Positions 50,971 to 64,000 of a stretch of DNA of 64,000 bases are shown here, piece by piece. Source of the stretch: Adineta vaga. Lineage: Eukaryota > Animalia > Rotifera. The notes under the pieces were generated by a model, which was not told the DNA's origin, did no database searches, and saw nothing but the letters and a program-made list of their open reading frames with translations. The stretch spans positions 9,176,001-9,240,000 of the forward strand of contig CP075497.1 of NCBI GenBank assembly GCA_021613535.1, given 5' to 3'. The position numbers were made by a program, and so were the translations under genes. Positions within the stretch are counted from its first letter, which is position 1. Every line of letters begins with the position of its first letter.

Positions 50971-53900
50971 TTAAGCATAAATTTTCGCTATTGAATCTGC
51001 TCCAACACTGGCCATATAAGGTTTTGATAAATGAAATGCAACATCATGTATAGATTCGTCGTCTTTCTTCTGATGAACTGTTAACTCTTGAATACAATTT
51101 TTTGTTTCAAGATTCCACAAACGTATTGAACGATCATGACCTTGAAAAGAAATTTAAAGAAGAATTCACAATGTAATTATAAATCATACTGCTAGATAGT
51201 AAACTTGATTGTTGTGGATCAATTGCTAATGATGTGACACTGTCAAGATGAGCTACCATTGATTGTATCATTCGACCTGCGCAAAAAAAAGACGAGATTT
51301 TATGGTTCTTACTTTTTCTACTATAATGAGAGTCGGTTTTCTTACCAGAATTACTATCAAAATATCGTATTTTATTATCATCATGTGCACTTATAATAAT
51401 TGCTTGTGATGGATGGCTAATAATTCTATTTATTCGATAATTTGGATCTAATGTTGAATTATCATTACCGAATTCTGTAATGATTTTTCCTGTTTCTACA
51501 TCGTAAATGACTGTTTTCAAAGAATCATATGTGGCTACAAATCGATTCGTGTCTTGCATTAACCAATCGATTGATAGGGGAATACCATCATCTAAATAGC
51601 AATGATTATTATTAAACAAGAAACTTTTTCATGGAAAAATAAAACTATGAAATTACGTGTAAATGTTGATTGTAATGGTTGAGTTAAAGTTGGATCCCAT
51701 AATCGAATTGATCCATCCGATGAACATGATAATAATTTCTGACCGCATACAACTAATTGCCAAACAGCATCTGTATGACCTTCTAACACTTTACTTAAAA
51801 CATTGGAATCTATTGAATAAACAATATTCAGGAATAAAAATTGATGTAATAAAAATGAGTCTTTATTTCATACCGTATGAATCATATGGATCAACATCAG
51901 AACTGGGAATATTCCATACAGATATAATTGAATCAAGACCTCCACTATAAAACTGTTCTCCGGATGGATTCATTGCCGCACATAGAACAGGACCACTAGA
52001 CAAAATTCAATCAATTAAATGATCTTTTTTTTCTCATTAACTTACGTATGCCGTCGAAACGTATAGATCGGTTCCAGATCTTGTGCTGTAGCTGTTGATC
52101 TAAAACAAAATCATTGATTTTGTCCTCAAAAAACTTTTTTTTTTCATCTACTTACTTTCTTAATACAGCTGCTTTCTCTAGATTCCATAATTTAAGTGTT
52201 CGATCTTCTGAACCAGTGACTACAAGTGAATCAACTGGATGAAAAGCTACACAACGTACTCCATCCAAATGACTAAATAAAATAAAAGAAAACGTTTTTT
52301 TTTCTTTGTTATTAATCCTTAGAGAATTACACATTACCTTCGTAAAATATATTTAACACTCCAAGTTTTACGAAAATCAGATGATTCATTTGTCGTATTC
52401 TAATGAGAAAAAGAATATTTGAATATAAGAAAAATAAAATAAATCTTACTTCATCTTGAGTTTCATTATCATTTAAAACTGTCACACGTGCTAATTCGTC
52501 AAGACCTTCAACGGCATTATCTCCGATAAAATTCTTACTATTTCGAAACATCATGGTATCAACCATGTCACGGTTAACTATTGAATAGAAAAAAAGGTTA
52601 ATGAGCAAAATGTCCTTTTTTATTAATCAAATACTTTGTTCATCTTCAGTATATGTTCGTTGATCTGAAGATATATCATCAGTTCCGTTATTAAGCAAAT
52701 TATTTCGATTGGATGAAGAAATTTGTATTTGTTTACCATGACGATCACGTTTATATTCTTCTTTTAAACGATTTAATCGTGATTGATCAACATCCCATTC
52801 ACTACTATTTATCTCTTTACGGGGAGAAAAAATTCAAAAATAAATTGATGAAAAAATACCAAAGAATTTGTTTTATTACCATTTGATTTCACGTCATCGA
52901 TATTCGTTGTAGTAGCAGCATCTCCACTGAGAAAATCAAATTCATGTAAAGCAGCTTCTTCACTATCAAGATCATTGAGTGTATCAAGACCAGAATTATG
53001 ATTCGTTGTACTACCATTATTAGATTTAGTTATAATACGATTAGTATCAATGTCATCATCACTAAAAGACAACGAAGTTTCATTACATTGAACTATAAAT
53101 TAATGACTACTTTGAATCTTCATCAGGTTGATCTTCTTTGAGAAAAACAAGTGAGGCAAGAACTGATTTACTTAAATCACTTGTCGCATTTTTAATTATA
53201 TTCGGAATGATTCTAAACAAATTATTATTGTTTAATATCTTATCAAAAGAATTCTTTACCTTTTTGATTCATTCATTGGTTTAATATCACCATTTAAACC
53301 GGTATTGTTATTGTTATTATTGTTATTATTATTTCCATTAAAATTTGTTTCACCTTTAATTCCAAGTAGTTTCTTAACAGCCGTTGAACGTATATCAATA
53401 ATTGTATCAACATATCCAATTTCTTTTAAATATCTAGTGAAACATATCATCATGAAAAACAGAATTCTGTTTATTTGATTAACTTACTGTCGAAGTAATT
53501 GACGACCTTGTTTGAAAGTAACACAACCACCATCAAAAGCTAAATTTGGATCATCTTTATTATCATCTAATCGAAAGAAAAACAATGAATAGTGACATTT
53601 TGATTAATGTTCGAATCAAATTTAATACCATCATCAAAATTCGGTGCTTCATTGGATGTTGATTTTTGTTCTTCTAATGGAATATTTTCAGTACCATATT
53701 TTAATTTATTGAATTTTAATCTAAACGAGAAATGTCTCATGAGACAATCGATAATTTGTTTTTCTTTTCTCATGAAAATTACGATCTATTCTCAAGGGAT
53801 GAAGTCAAACTATTAATTATTTACCTTTCTTGTTTCAAAGCGTATTCAAGCATTTTAATACGTCTGACAAGTGCATTTTTCAGATTTTCTTGTCCTTGTC

Positions 53901-54177
53901 TTTCACCCTGAAGAAAAGCAATACGTGCCTAAAATAAACGACAAAAAAACATTTCGTTTTTAGAAAAGAATTCTTCTTTGGTTTTCTCTACTTGAAATTC
54001 TGCTCGTTCAGTTTCCCATTGTTGTCGTTCAATTTCAAATCTGGTCCATTCATGTTGAAGAAAATGAAGAATGCCAGGTACTGTATACAGTGGACGCTGT
54101 GCATCAACATTAGACATGCTCGATGGACCTGATTGGGAATCTGATTGATAAGATATTTGCGTTTCACTACCGTCCAT
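50971..54177 (-). CDS. STRN: Striatin (STRIPAK WD40 scaffold), multi-exon
   Basis: YTVPGILHFLQHEWTRFEIERQQWETERAE, RIAFLQGER.GQENL, RQLLRQYLKEIGY and the WD40 repeats DPYDSYD, GHTDAVW, SAHDD.KIR, MVAHLDSVTSLA. Confidence 0.96.
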
Positions 54178-54296
54178 TCAAGTACATATCGATTAAAGAC
54201 ACAGAAGAATAAAGGTGATTTCAAGAAAACGAAAAAAAATATATAAAGAAATCTGAAATAATAATAAACATCAAGAAAATTTGTCGAACATTTTAT

Positions 54297-54816
54297 TTAA
54301 TATTGAAAACTTCTATAGGTCTGAATTTCGTCAACTATTTTTTGACATTCTTCATCATCGAGTTTACTATCTAAAGATGGAATTAATGTTTTCGCTTCAG
54401 CTGCAAGTTGTGGACAAAGATTAGCAAGTAATGCTGCTTCAAATTTATGTAAAACTGGTGTCGAATTTGTTGTTGACATACTATTGGATTGATCTTTTGG
54501 AAAAAGTAAATTTCTTACAGCACCAATTGCTTCTTTTGTTTTGAATTTACTAAATCTTTCACAATATGAAACAATATCATTGAATGCTTCAGATGATGTT
54601 ATTTCATCTTCATCATCCATTCCCGAATTTGCTTGTTGTTCTCGACGTTGCTCAAGCATTAATAAAACTTCTGATATCATCATAGGTTCAGCTTTATCAA
54701 ATTCTTTTGGAAATTTCAATTGAGCAGCATCTTCATCATCCTATAATTATACGTTTAAAAAGAGATTTTCATTGAAAAGAACGAAGAAATTGATTTACTT
54801 GATTTGGAATTGACAT
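54297..54816 (-). CDS. POLR2D: RNA polymerase II subunit RPB4, 2 exons
   Basis: EDAAQLKFPKEF, ISEV..LE, RFSKFK, LHKFE.A.LANLCP..EAKTLIPSL, RSFQY*. Confidence 0.95.
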
Positions 54817-56319
54817 TGTTAGTTATTAATTTGAAATTCTAAATGAAAGTTAAATCGACAAACAATAAACAAATAAACAATAAGAGTATAAGAAGAGAAA
54901 GGAGAAGGATCTCTTGCTTCAAGCGTTGGTATTATTAGGAATAATGATCAATGACAACTAATCAAAATTTCAAAAGTCATTTGAAATTTTTTCTTTTATT
55001 TTATCAAAAACAAAAAGATTTTATTAATCGAAAAAAAGGAATTGGATTTTTTTCTACGAAGAAAAACATTTCAGACGACATCTATTGTATAATGAATGTT
55101 TTTCAATGATATAGAGCGACATCCTCAGATCACTTGTGTAGAATTCAACTTGAAATTCCATTTCCTTCTTTCAACGCATTACAACAAGTACTTCAGATTG
55201 TTTTCTGCATGATATCTTTTAAATTTCAAATTTAAGTATACACAAGAACAGAATTAAGTAATGTTTCTATTTTTTTCTCAGAAATACTTGTCAAGGCGAT
55301 ATATAACAGAAGAATGTCATTTTTTTAAACAAGAAATCAAATGCTAATATTGATCTACATATATAGAAACGAAATGAATTAATGTAGATTTAGTTGAATA
55401 GTATTAAGGCAAAATCAAAGTAAGGATTTTATCAATTTCTTTCAAAAAAAGTATCTGGATCTCAATTTCCTTTTCATTTGTCGAATGAATAGACGTTGAC
55501 ATCATTTAATAATGTATACTATGCTAATTAATTTTGTTGAAAATATATTCACTTTTATTCTGTTTCTGACACGCATGCGCTGTCTTTTCAGAGTTAAAAA
55601 AAACGAACGAAGAAAGAAAAAAAAAGAAAAGAGGGGAAAATGCAGCTATGATAGTAATAGTGATAAACACGCAATGAAGAAAAGAGAAAAAGCCACAGTG
55701 AAAACAGATCGATACGATTATCATCATCATCAGAATACTTTTCATTTTAACTGACCTGTCTATATAGATCGTGTAAGCAAGATCAAACACAAATATACAG
55801 AAGAAAAGAAGAAAGAAACATCAAAATACATACATATATAGACAGTGAAATCAGTTTGTTATTTTTTGATGAGACAAGAAAGAAGCGAATACGGATGTGG
55901 ACATATTCTTGATGCTGTTAGAGATTTGTTTCAAAGTTACATGAGAAAGAAGAAAATAAAAGTAGAAAAGAAAAATGAACGTACATATTTTTACATGACA
56001 GAAATAAATAATAAGACGAAAAGAAATCTGTTGGCTTTGTATGTAACGTCAAGTTTGTTGGCTTTTTATTTCTTATCTAAAAGTTTTCTATTCTGCACAT
56101 ATACAAGAACGAAGAGATTTTATCCGGGTCTAAACACACTCTGCCAGGCAGTTCATAGTGGACAAGGAATTTTTCATAAATCAGATCGCAATCATCGATA
56201 ATGAACCGGGTCGGTTCACTCTGGAAACAAACAATAAAGAAGCGAAAGAAAAAGATCTACATAGACACACTGTTAAAACAGAAGAAAAAAAAGTACGTAA
56301 ACATCGATTAAGATCGATT

Positions 56320-59300
56320 TTATGATCGAGGATGATGATGTTGCTGCTGTTGCATAGTTTTATTTTGCTGAATGGAGGATGGTGAGATTCGTTGATTTAA
56401 TCCGCTATTAACAATCGATGGAGAATTTGGTCGACGAGATGGTGTTGGCGTAATTTTAGATGAAACATTACTAGCAACATTTTTCATCACAACATTAGGC
56501 GAAACATTTTCCATCGGTTCATCATCTTCGAGATCGTCACTATTAGAGCCAGCGTCATCATTCTCCTTAAAAACAAATAAATAAATTTATATATATATAA
56601 ATGGAGATTTATACTCACCACCATTTCAGGATATAATTCAACAGCTTTATCAAGTAATGATCGAGCACTTTGAGTTCGTTCAATAAAATATCTAAAAGAA
56701 AAGATAAAAATATATAATATTATATAAATAAATGTGATCTCTTACCCTTGTGACATATCATTACTAGTAACAGGTCCTTGAGACGCATAATAAGGATAAT
56801 TTGGTTGTACATTATTGTATGATCGCTAAAAATAGAATAATAATTGATGGTTCAAAATCTGTAATAGAAAGAAAAGAAGGGTATCTTTTTACTTCTAATT
56901 GTTCATGTAACCATCGTACAGCTTGTGACCAACGTTGCTTAATATCTGCATCTGTTTTTAATATATGATTTGCTTTTTCGCAACTAAAAATAGATTTTAA
57001 TTAAAGAATTTCTTAGATTTTCTAATCAATATGAAATCTTCACTTTGAAAATAATTGTACAAGAGTTTTAATACAATGATATGCTTTTTTCTGATGTGTC
57101 GATTTCGATTTTGTAAACATATCAAATAAACTTTGTGGAGTTGTTTCATATCCACAATTGGTGGTTGTTGTTGTTGTTGGTGATGGTGTTGTTGTCGTCG
57201 TTATTACTGGTGGATTAGAAGTATTGGACATTGATATACCTTTTAATGCATATAATAATCGAACTTCTTGCCAAGAATCTTCTGTTGTTAGAATTGTATA
57301 GAGTACATCAAGATGAGCACGAAAATCATATGTATGATACATTGAAAGCTATAGAATACAAAGCAATTACATTTTGAAGATTTCTATGTTTCAATTTACT
57401 AGAGTAATGATTTCATTGAGCACGATAGATGTGACTTCAGCATTTTCCCAAATAAGAAAACGAAGAAGACGAAGTGATTCTTCACAAGAACCGGAATCTT
57501 CAATAATTTTTTTGAGAAATATATCTCGTTTATAGATAATATCAGCCATTTGTTGTGGCATTGAACATATTGGATCATTATCATGTGTATAGTATGGATT
57601 TGGCAAGAGTTCCGCATCGGACTAGATTGAAAAATGATGGATTCTTATTTGAATTATTACAAAAGACAAAAAATGATTTACTTGTCGAGATTTACAATAA
57701 ATTGAAACATTGAAACAACGAATCAATGTTGAAAGTATCACAAATAATTTTGCTGGCTCACCATACCGAGGTAATGTTGAACATGATGATGATGAATTAT
57801 CATCATTAGCAAGAGTTACAAATAATGTTGGAACATTAAGACGAATTAATTGTTCACACTGAAAGGCAAAAAAGATAAATTAAAGTACATTCAAATCTGC
57901 CTATTAACTTACTTCATGCCGACCAATAGATGAATAATTAACAAAAAATTGAAAATATTGTGTAAGCATTTTAACATTATCAGGCATTTCCTTTTTTAGT
58001 AAACGTAAAACATGGTTCAGTATCGATTCTTCTACAGTTAGATAAGTTTTAATATCATCTAGTTTTAAAAAACAAATTATTTTGATAAATTTTCTTCTAC
58101 AAACGTTATCACTAACCTGTACTAATATCTATTGTTTGTTCATCTTGTCGAGAATGACTAGCTAATGCAACAAGCATTTTTCCAAATGCATTACGAATCT
58201 ATAGAAGATTATGAATTTAGATCAATATATCAATTAAAAAGTAAAATAGAAATTAACCTCAGCAGATGTACAATCAATAAGATATTCTTGAAAGCGACTA
58301 GAATGTTTAAATAAAACTTCTTCTGCTAAATAATATCGAGCTTTTTTTGACCAACGAATGCAATGTATGATCAATTCAGTCCATTCATTAGCAGGTCCAC
58401 TAGAAGAACCAAATGTATTTTTTCAAGCGAATCAAAAAATAAATGTTTTGTATTTAACAAACCGTAAAGCTTTTTTCGTTCGCCATCCAACTGAGAAAAG
58501 AAATTTTGTTGCTATCTGAACACTAACCAAAGCTAATTCTTCAATTACTTCGACAGTCTATTAAAGATTCATAGAAAATAAAATAAAAAGAAATATCAAA
58601 ATAGAATTCATTTACATTCGTCAAAGTTGATTTCTCTGCCTGTGGCTGTTGTTGTTGTTGAAAGAATGTGACAATAACTTGAACATTACTTTGAACCAAT
58701 CGTTTCATAAAATGAAAATATTCTGGACTGAAATGAATTCGATTGTGAAGGAATTTGATATTTTGTTTTCGAACACTGCGCTGAACTGATAAAGGCATTC
58801 GTTGAGTTTGATCATCTATAGACAAACATTGATATATATATATATATTTATAAAGATAAAATCATAGAATTCACATACAAAGTTGTAAACGAGATAGATC
58901 TTTTTCCAAACTATTTTCCGATTCGACTTGATCACTGGTCATTTTTTCATAGAATAAAATATATGCATTCCACCAACGACGTTGACTAGAAAAGAAACGA
59001 AGTTAAATAGAATCGTAGAAAACAAAATTGAAAGAATATTCTTACCGTTTCATAACAGGTTGATCGAATGATTGCGCTGGATAATCTCCACCAAAACATT
59101 GGGATCGAAGTTCTTCATCATCATCCATTTTACATTCATTAACATCTGTATCATCAAATTTATACCAATGTTGAGGATCTGCAGCATTCGAATCATCTCT
59201 AAAATGAAATTCAAGAAAAGGAATATGTTTCAATATTCTTGTCTTCATTTTCAAGAATAAAAACGAACTTATTCTGTACAAATGAATAATAATGACCACC

Positions 59301-62300
59301 ATTTGCTTGTCCACTGTGTACAATAATGCCAACAAGTTTGTATCGCGTGTCACCATTGTTTGTTTTCGAATCATCATCAGCACTTTCATCAATCACCGAC
59401 ATACCTGAATTCCAACTCATAAACAATGTATATGTATATCTTTCATCAATATTTACCTTCAGCTTTGGCAAGACCTTGTACTGTATATGGTTCCATATCT
59501 AATTCTCTTGGAAATTCGAAATAATCATTAAATTTTATAGGTGTTTCACGTTCCCAATCATAATCAAATCGTTTAAGTTGAATTGCAAGAATGGGTGGTA
59601 GTTTCTTGAAACAAGTTCGTTTAATTGTATCAACCTGAAAGAACAAACTTTCGTATTTTTAAATACAAATTTCAATGTTTTTCTTTTACTTTTTTATTGC
59701 ATTTCTCACAAAAATATGCATTTGGTCCATCAAGTAATTCTCCAATAACATACTGTTCAAGTGATTCTTTTAGATTTTGACTATGTCGAATATCTACACT
59801 TAATAATGTAAAATCTTCTTCGCGTGAATAACTAATGAATACGAAAACAAATTCAGATTGAAAAGAATGTATTTAGATTTTTTTTATTAAAGAAAAACTT
59901 ACCGATGTGGACAATCTTTACAAATTTTCTGGTCAGCAAATGTTCCACCTAATACTTGTGAACATATTTGTGGTAAATTTAAAGATTTTAATGCTTCATC
60001 TATACTATCAACAACAGTATTTAAGAATTCAACTGCATCGTGTTGATCACGTAAGTTCACTGGTTCACCAGAAAATCTAATCAAATCAAATATAAATCTC
60101 CTATCTTCTTCTTTTCTTGCGTAAAACATACTTGAATATTTTCCAAAAACCTCTTGGAATATAAAATTGTAATTTCGATTCAAGTAAATGTCCAAAAATC
60201 CATTGTATATGACGAAATATTTGAATATTATATTCATTTCGTTCATTGGTTGTATTTTTTGGTGATGTTTCCATTGTATTATTTGATTCTTGTTGTTTTA
60301 TCGGTGAACTCGTTGCCTGATTGTCTTTGAGAAAGAATTTCGCATCAGAAAATGAATCAAACTAAATTGAACAACTAAAAATAAAGTTAAATCAAATGAT
60401 TAACATACGTTATCACGACGTTGATCATCATCATCTGTTTCATCATCACCATGGATAGATGGAATTTTTAGAGATAATAAGGCAGAACGTAATGGACGAA
60501 TCATAAATAATTGTTGGATAACGGAATTCATATAACATGTTGCTCCGCCATTTTTTAAACCAACAAAACTACGATTTGGACGTGGACCCACAAGTGGAGC
60601 AAAATCCCATTCATTCAAACTGGAATCAGGAACTAGAATAGAAATTATTTTTACAAATCAAATTTTCTATAAACAAAAACAATGAATTACCTGTATAGAA
60701 TAGATCAGTAATATATTTATCGATTAGTTTTAAATTTTCAATACAATTTGTTCCTAAAACAACCAATAAATCAAATGCGGCTAATGTTGACATTGGTGTT
60801 TGACAAATTGCAACAGGTGGTTCTTTAAGTAAATCAAGTTCATTATCTTCCTCATTATTTGTCATTTCATTGCTCATTATTGATTGTTTTGAAAGACGTT
60901 TTCGTCGTAATAAACGAAAATTATAAAGTAATGTCGATGCTGGAAAAAGATATTGTTCAATAATTTGTTGTATTAATGATTGATCAATACCATAATAACG
61001 TTTTCGTTCACTTGTTTGAAATTGTACTAATTCTTTAGCAATATTAATATGTCCACGAAGTAAATGATCATCAACGGGTAATGTAATATGTTTTAAATAT
61101 TGTATTTCATCATCTAATTGTTGATGAATATTTGGTGGAGAAATATTTCGTGAATATGCATAAGATAATAGACGACAGAGAAGAAGAAAGAAATCAGTTG
61201 ATTGTAATGAGTAATGTTTTAAATTTTCGAATGATTTATTTAAGAATTGAAATTGTTTTTGAAGAAAAAATTGTATTAAATTTTCACATTGTCCCTGAGA
61301 ACAACGAGATGTTAAGAGAAAGATTTGTTCCGATGATGTATGACGTATAATTTGATATTGACAATAAAGTATTAAATCAATAAAAAAATATTCAAAAAAA
61401 TGTTCTTTTAACAAATTTTCTACACTTGATGGTACAAGTGATAATGAGATACATAATAATTCTAGACCTTCTCGACATGCTAATTGACTTTCATCATCTT
61501 CATCATTATCTTCATTCATATCAGATGTATCATTTGGACGAAACTAAAATGAATCAAATGAAAATTCAATCAAGATATATCTTTCTCGAATTTCACTTAC
61601 ATTTTCTTGTTTAAATGTCTGATGAATAACATTAAAATCATTCTTTAGATTCATTTCAAATGAATTTTGTTTAGAATCTGCTGCTAAACACCAAATAAGT
61701 CGAATAAATTCTTTGATATGATGATATTGTAATAAAGAATTCTTTGGAATAGGATAATCCATTCGATGTGCAATTAATGTTGTCGCTATTTTTTGTTCAA
61801 CTGACATCGATACATGTTGTTGTTCACCAACAATATTCATCACTGGTAATGGAATTGTTGGCATAATACTTAAAATCTGTTCTAAAGATTCATTAGATGG
61901 TGAAGAAACATTTCCATGAGTTGATCTTATTTGATAAATAGCAAGAATAATTAAAAGACGTTTAAGAAGATAAAGAACAATAAAATAAATTGATTTACGA
62001 GTTGCAACATCACATTGATCGGTATATTGTTTGTCTGTGAGAATATTTAGTAAACATGCTAAACCACCAGCATTTAAAAAACGAACATGTAAACCTTCAA
62101 CATGATTACTATTTTGTAAACATATTTGATGAATTTGTGCTGGTAAGAAATTGATTAATGTCGTCTTTAAATTATAAAGCATTTGTGATGGTGAAGCATG
62201 AAAATAGAAATGATTTAAACGTATTAGACATTCTTCAGCTGTTGGTTGTTCATTATTTGCAGATAGAAGAGTAAAACAACTGTTTAACGTTTTTGTTGCA

Positions 62301-64000
62301 TGAGAATCAATTGGAATTAGATCAAGAATATGTCGAGAAGTATCACGAAGACGTGTATTACCTTCTTTACAAGCTAAATCAGCGATATCAATAAGAAATT
62401 GATAGTATTCATGTTTTTGAGAAAATATCTAAATAGCAAACGTTTTGTAGATGATTTTACTTTTGAAATAGACATTTTCTTCTTACCACAGATGGTAACG
62501 AAGATTCAGCATTGATATCAATAAAATCTGAACTACGATTATGATGTGATGTTGCTGTTAAAGAATTATTATTATTATTATTGATTTCAGATTCCGACGA
62601 ACTACTTTCTCCGCTTGAACCACCATGACTTTGATGTTGAACCCAACGTGCAGTAACCGTCTAAATCAAATCAAAATGAATACATAATTATTTCTTTGTT
62701 TTGTCTTTGAAAAAGAAAAATATCGTCATACAATTCGATCACGATCATCAGTTTGTCCTAATGTTTTGTTATCATCAGTTGAATAGATAATTTCATTATT
62801 ACGATATAATTCAATGATACCATAAGCAGATTTGTATCTAAATCGAATTAATTTTCTTTTAGAATTTTCAACAAAAGATAGAAATCATACCGATTATGAA
62901 TAAATCTTCGAATATGTCCCCATGTATCGTTCGAATGAAAACCATGTTCGAAATCATCAGTTCGATTTTGTCCTGTATTTACACGAATAATTAATGTCAT
63001 TGGTCGTCCACGAAATGCTCTGAATATCAAACATAGATTTCTTTCTTTCTTTCATTCCTATTTTCTTTCTCCTTACCTTGACATGGGTAATATCGAACGT
63101 TCTTTATGATATGAATTATCACATTCCGCTAAATATTCTCTTAATACAATTAATATTCGTATTAATGCATTCAATTTATGTTGATATTCTTGTTTGGAAT
63201 CTTGTTGTGTGTACATTAATTTAACACTATCATAAACTGGACGTAGACGTTCAAAACAATCACTAATAAATGATTCATGAATACGTTTAACATCCGTTTT
63301 TAATTGTGGACTTATATTTGTATAAATTTCACGCATTAATTGAATACCACGATCAGCAACTTCATCTGAACCGTTCAAGATTAATTTCCATAAATATTCA
63401 ATTCCAACAAGATCTTCATCATTCATTAAACGAATCGAACGACGTTTTTGTTGTAATTTATTTAATTGAGCATTGACAGATTTAAAAAATCGATCGAAAC
63501 AACTGCAAAAACAAACGATATCAAGATGATTTCGAAAATTAATAAACAGTATGTGTTTCACTTACTTCATGCCGAGATCAGTTAATAAATGTGGTTCAAG
63601 TTTCATTAAATGATTTTGAAAGAAATCTTTTGCTGCTTTAGGTTCAAAATCATCTTCGTCAATAATCTAAATTATTTTTTTTTATATAAGTAAAAATTAA
63701 AGTGAAACTTGATCGTTTTCTTACTTCAGCAAACCAACGAAAACATTGTTCACGATCATTTGGATAAATAGCTTGTTCAGCTAAACAAGTCCAAATCATT
63801 TTCGAATGTTCAGCTGATAGATACAATCGTCCTTCTTTCAATGTGAACCTTCAAAAACAAATCAAATTTTCAATGTTTATATTTGAGAACAAAAAGAAAC
63901 GCGAAAATGTTTTTACTTGAGAAAATTCAATCGTTCATGTATTTGTTGATTATGATTAAATCTTCCATCAGCATAGTAATCTTCAGGTACGGAATTGATT
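56320..64000 (-). CDS. USP9X: Ubiquitin C-terminal hydrolase USP9X/fat facets-like (5' part outside the window)
   Basis: Cys box [50 protein letters not shown], His box [33 protein letters not shown]. Confidence 0.93.

Noticed and set aside
55512-56201. Short ORFs between RPB4 and USP9X
   Set aside because: They lie in the likely USP9X 3' UTR, are low complexity and carry no conserved motifs.
1-64000. CRISPR arrays, rRNA, tRNA or prokaryotic defence systems
   Set aside because: None seen; the DNA is eukaryotic and intron-rich. Small ncRNAs cannot be excluded without a covariance-model search.

Overview
AT-rich eukaryotic (animal) genomic DNA with many short (~50-60 bp) GT-AG introns. Intron size, composition, CGA Arg codons and a secreted PAN/beta-propeller gene suggest a bdelloid rotifer (inference, not proven). 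About 21 protein-coding genes are recognisable after manual splicing: PGAP2IP/CWH43 (partial), a GABA-B receptor, a GT10 fucosyltransferase, an LRR-follistatin fusion, an ephrin, an Ig-domain protein, TMEM45, a PAN/propeller protein, a SHIPPO-repeat protein, COX16, PSMG3, RPA43, ANAPC16, SSR4, SDF2, a FERM-less PTPN14/21-like phosphatase, a PIM kinase, KIAA1143, striatin, RPB4 and USP9X (partial). There are also two orphan genes. Highlights: (1) The PSMG3 stop and COX16 start overlap as ATGA. The COX16 frame stays open for 69 codons inside PSMG3 and the overlap contains in-frame U_UUA_AAC slippery sites. (2) Three co-oriented gene pairs have 116-120 bp gaps containing AATAAA and a 3' splice acceptor with no strong donor, resembling SL-trans-spliced operons. 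(3) A near full-length RTE-type LINE is enclosed by 64-bp hAT-like terminal inverted repeats with a near 8-bp TSD. (4) A correctly spaced ERSE-like element lies in the SSR4/SDF2 bidirectional promoter. Exon boundaries were read by eye, so gene ends are approximate where stated.
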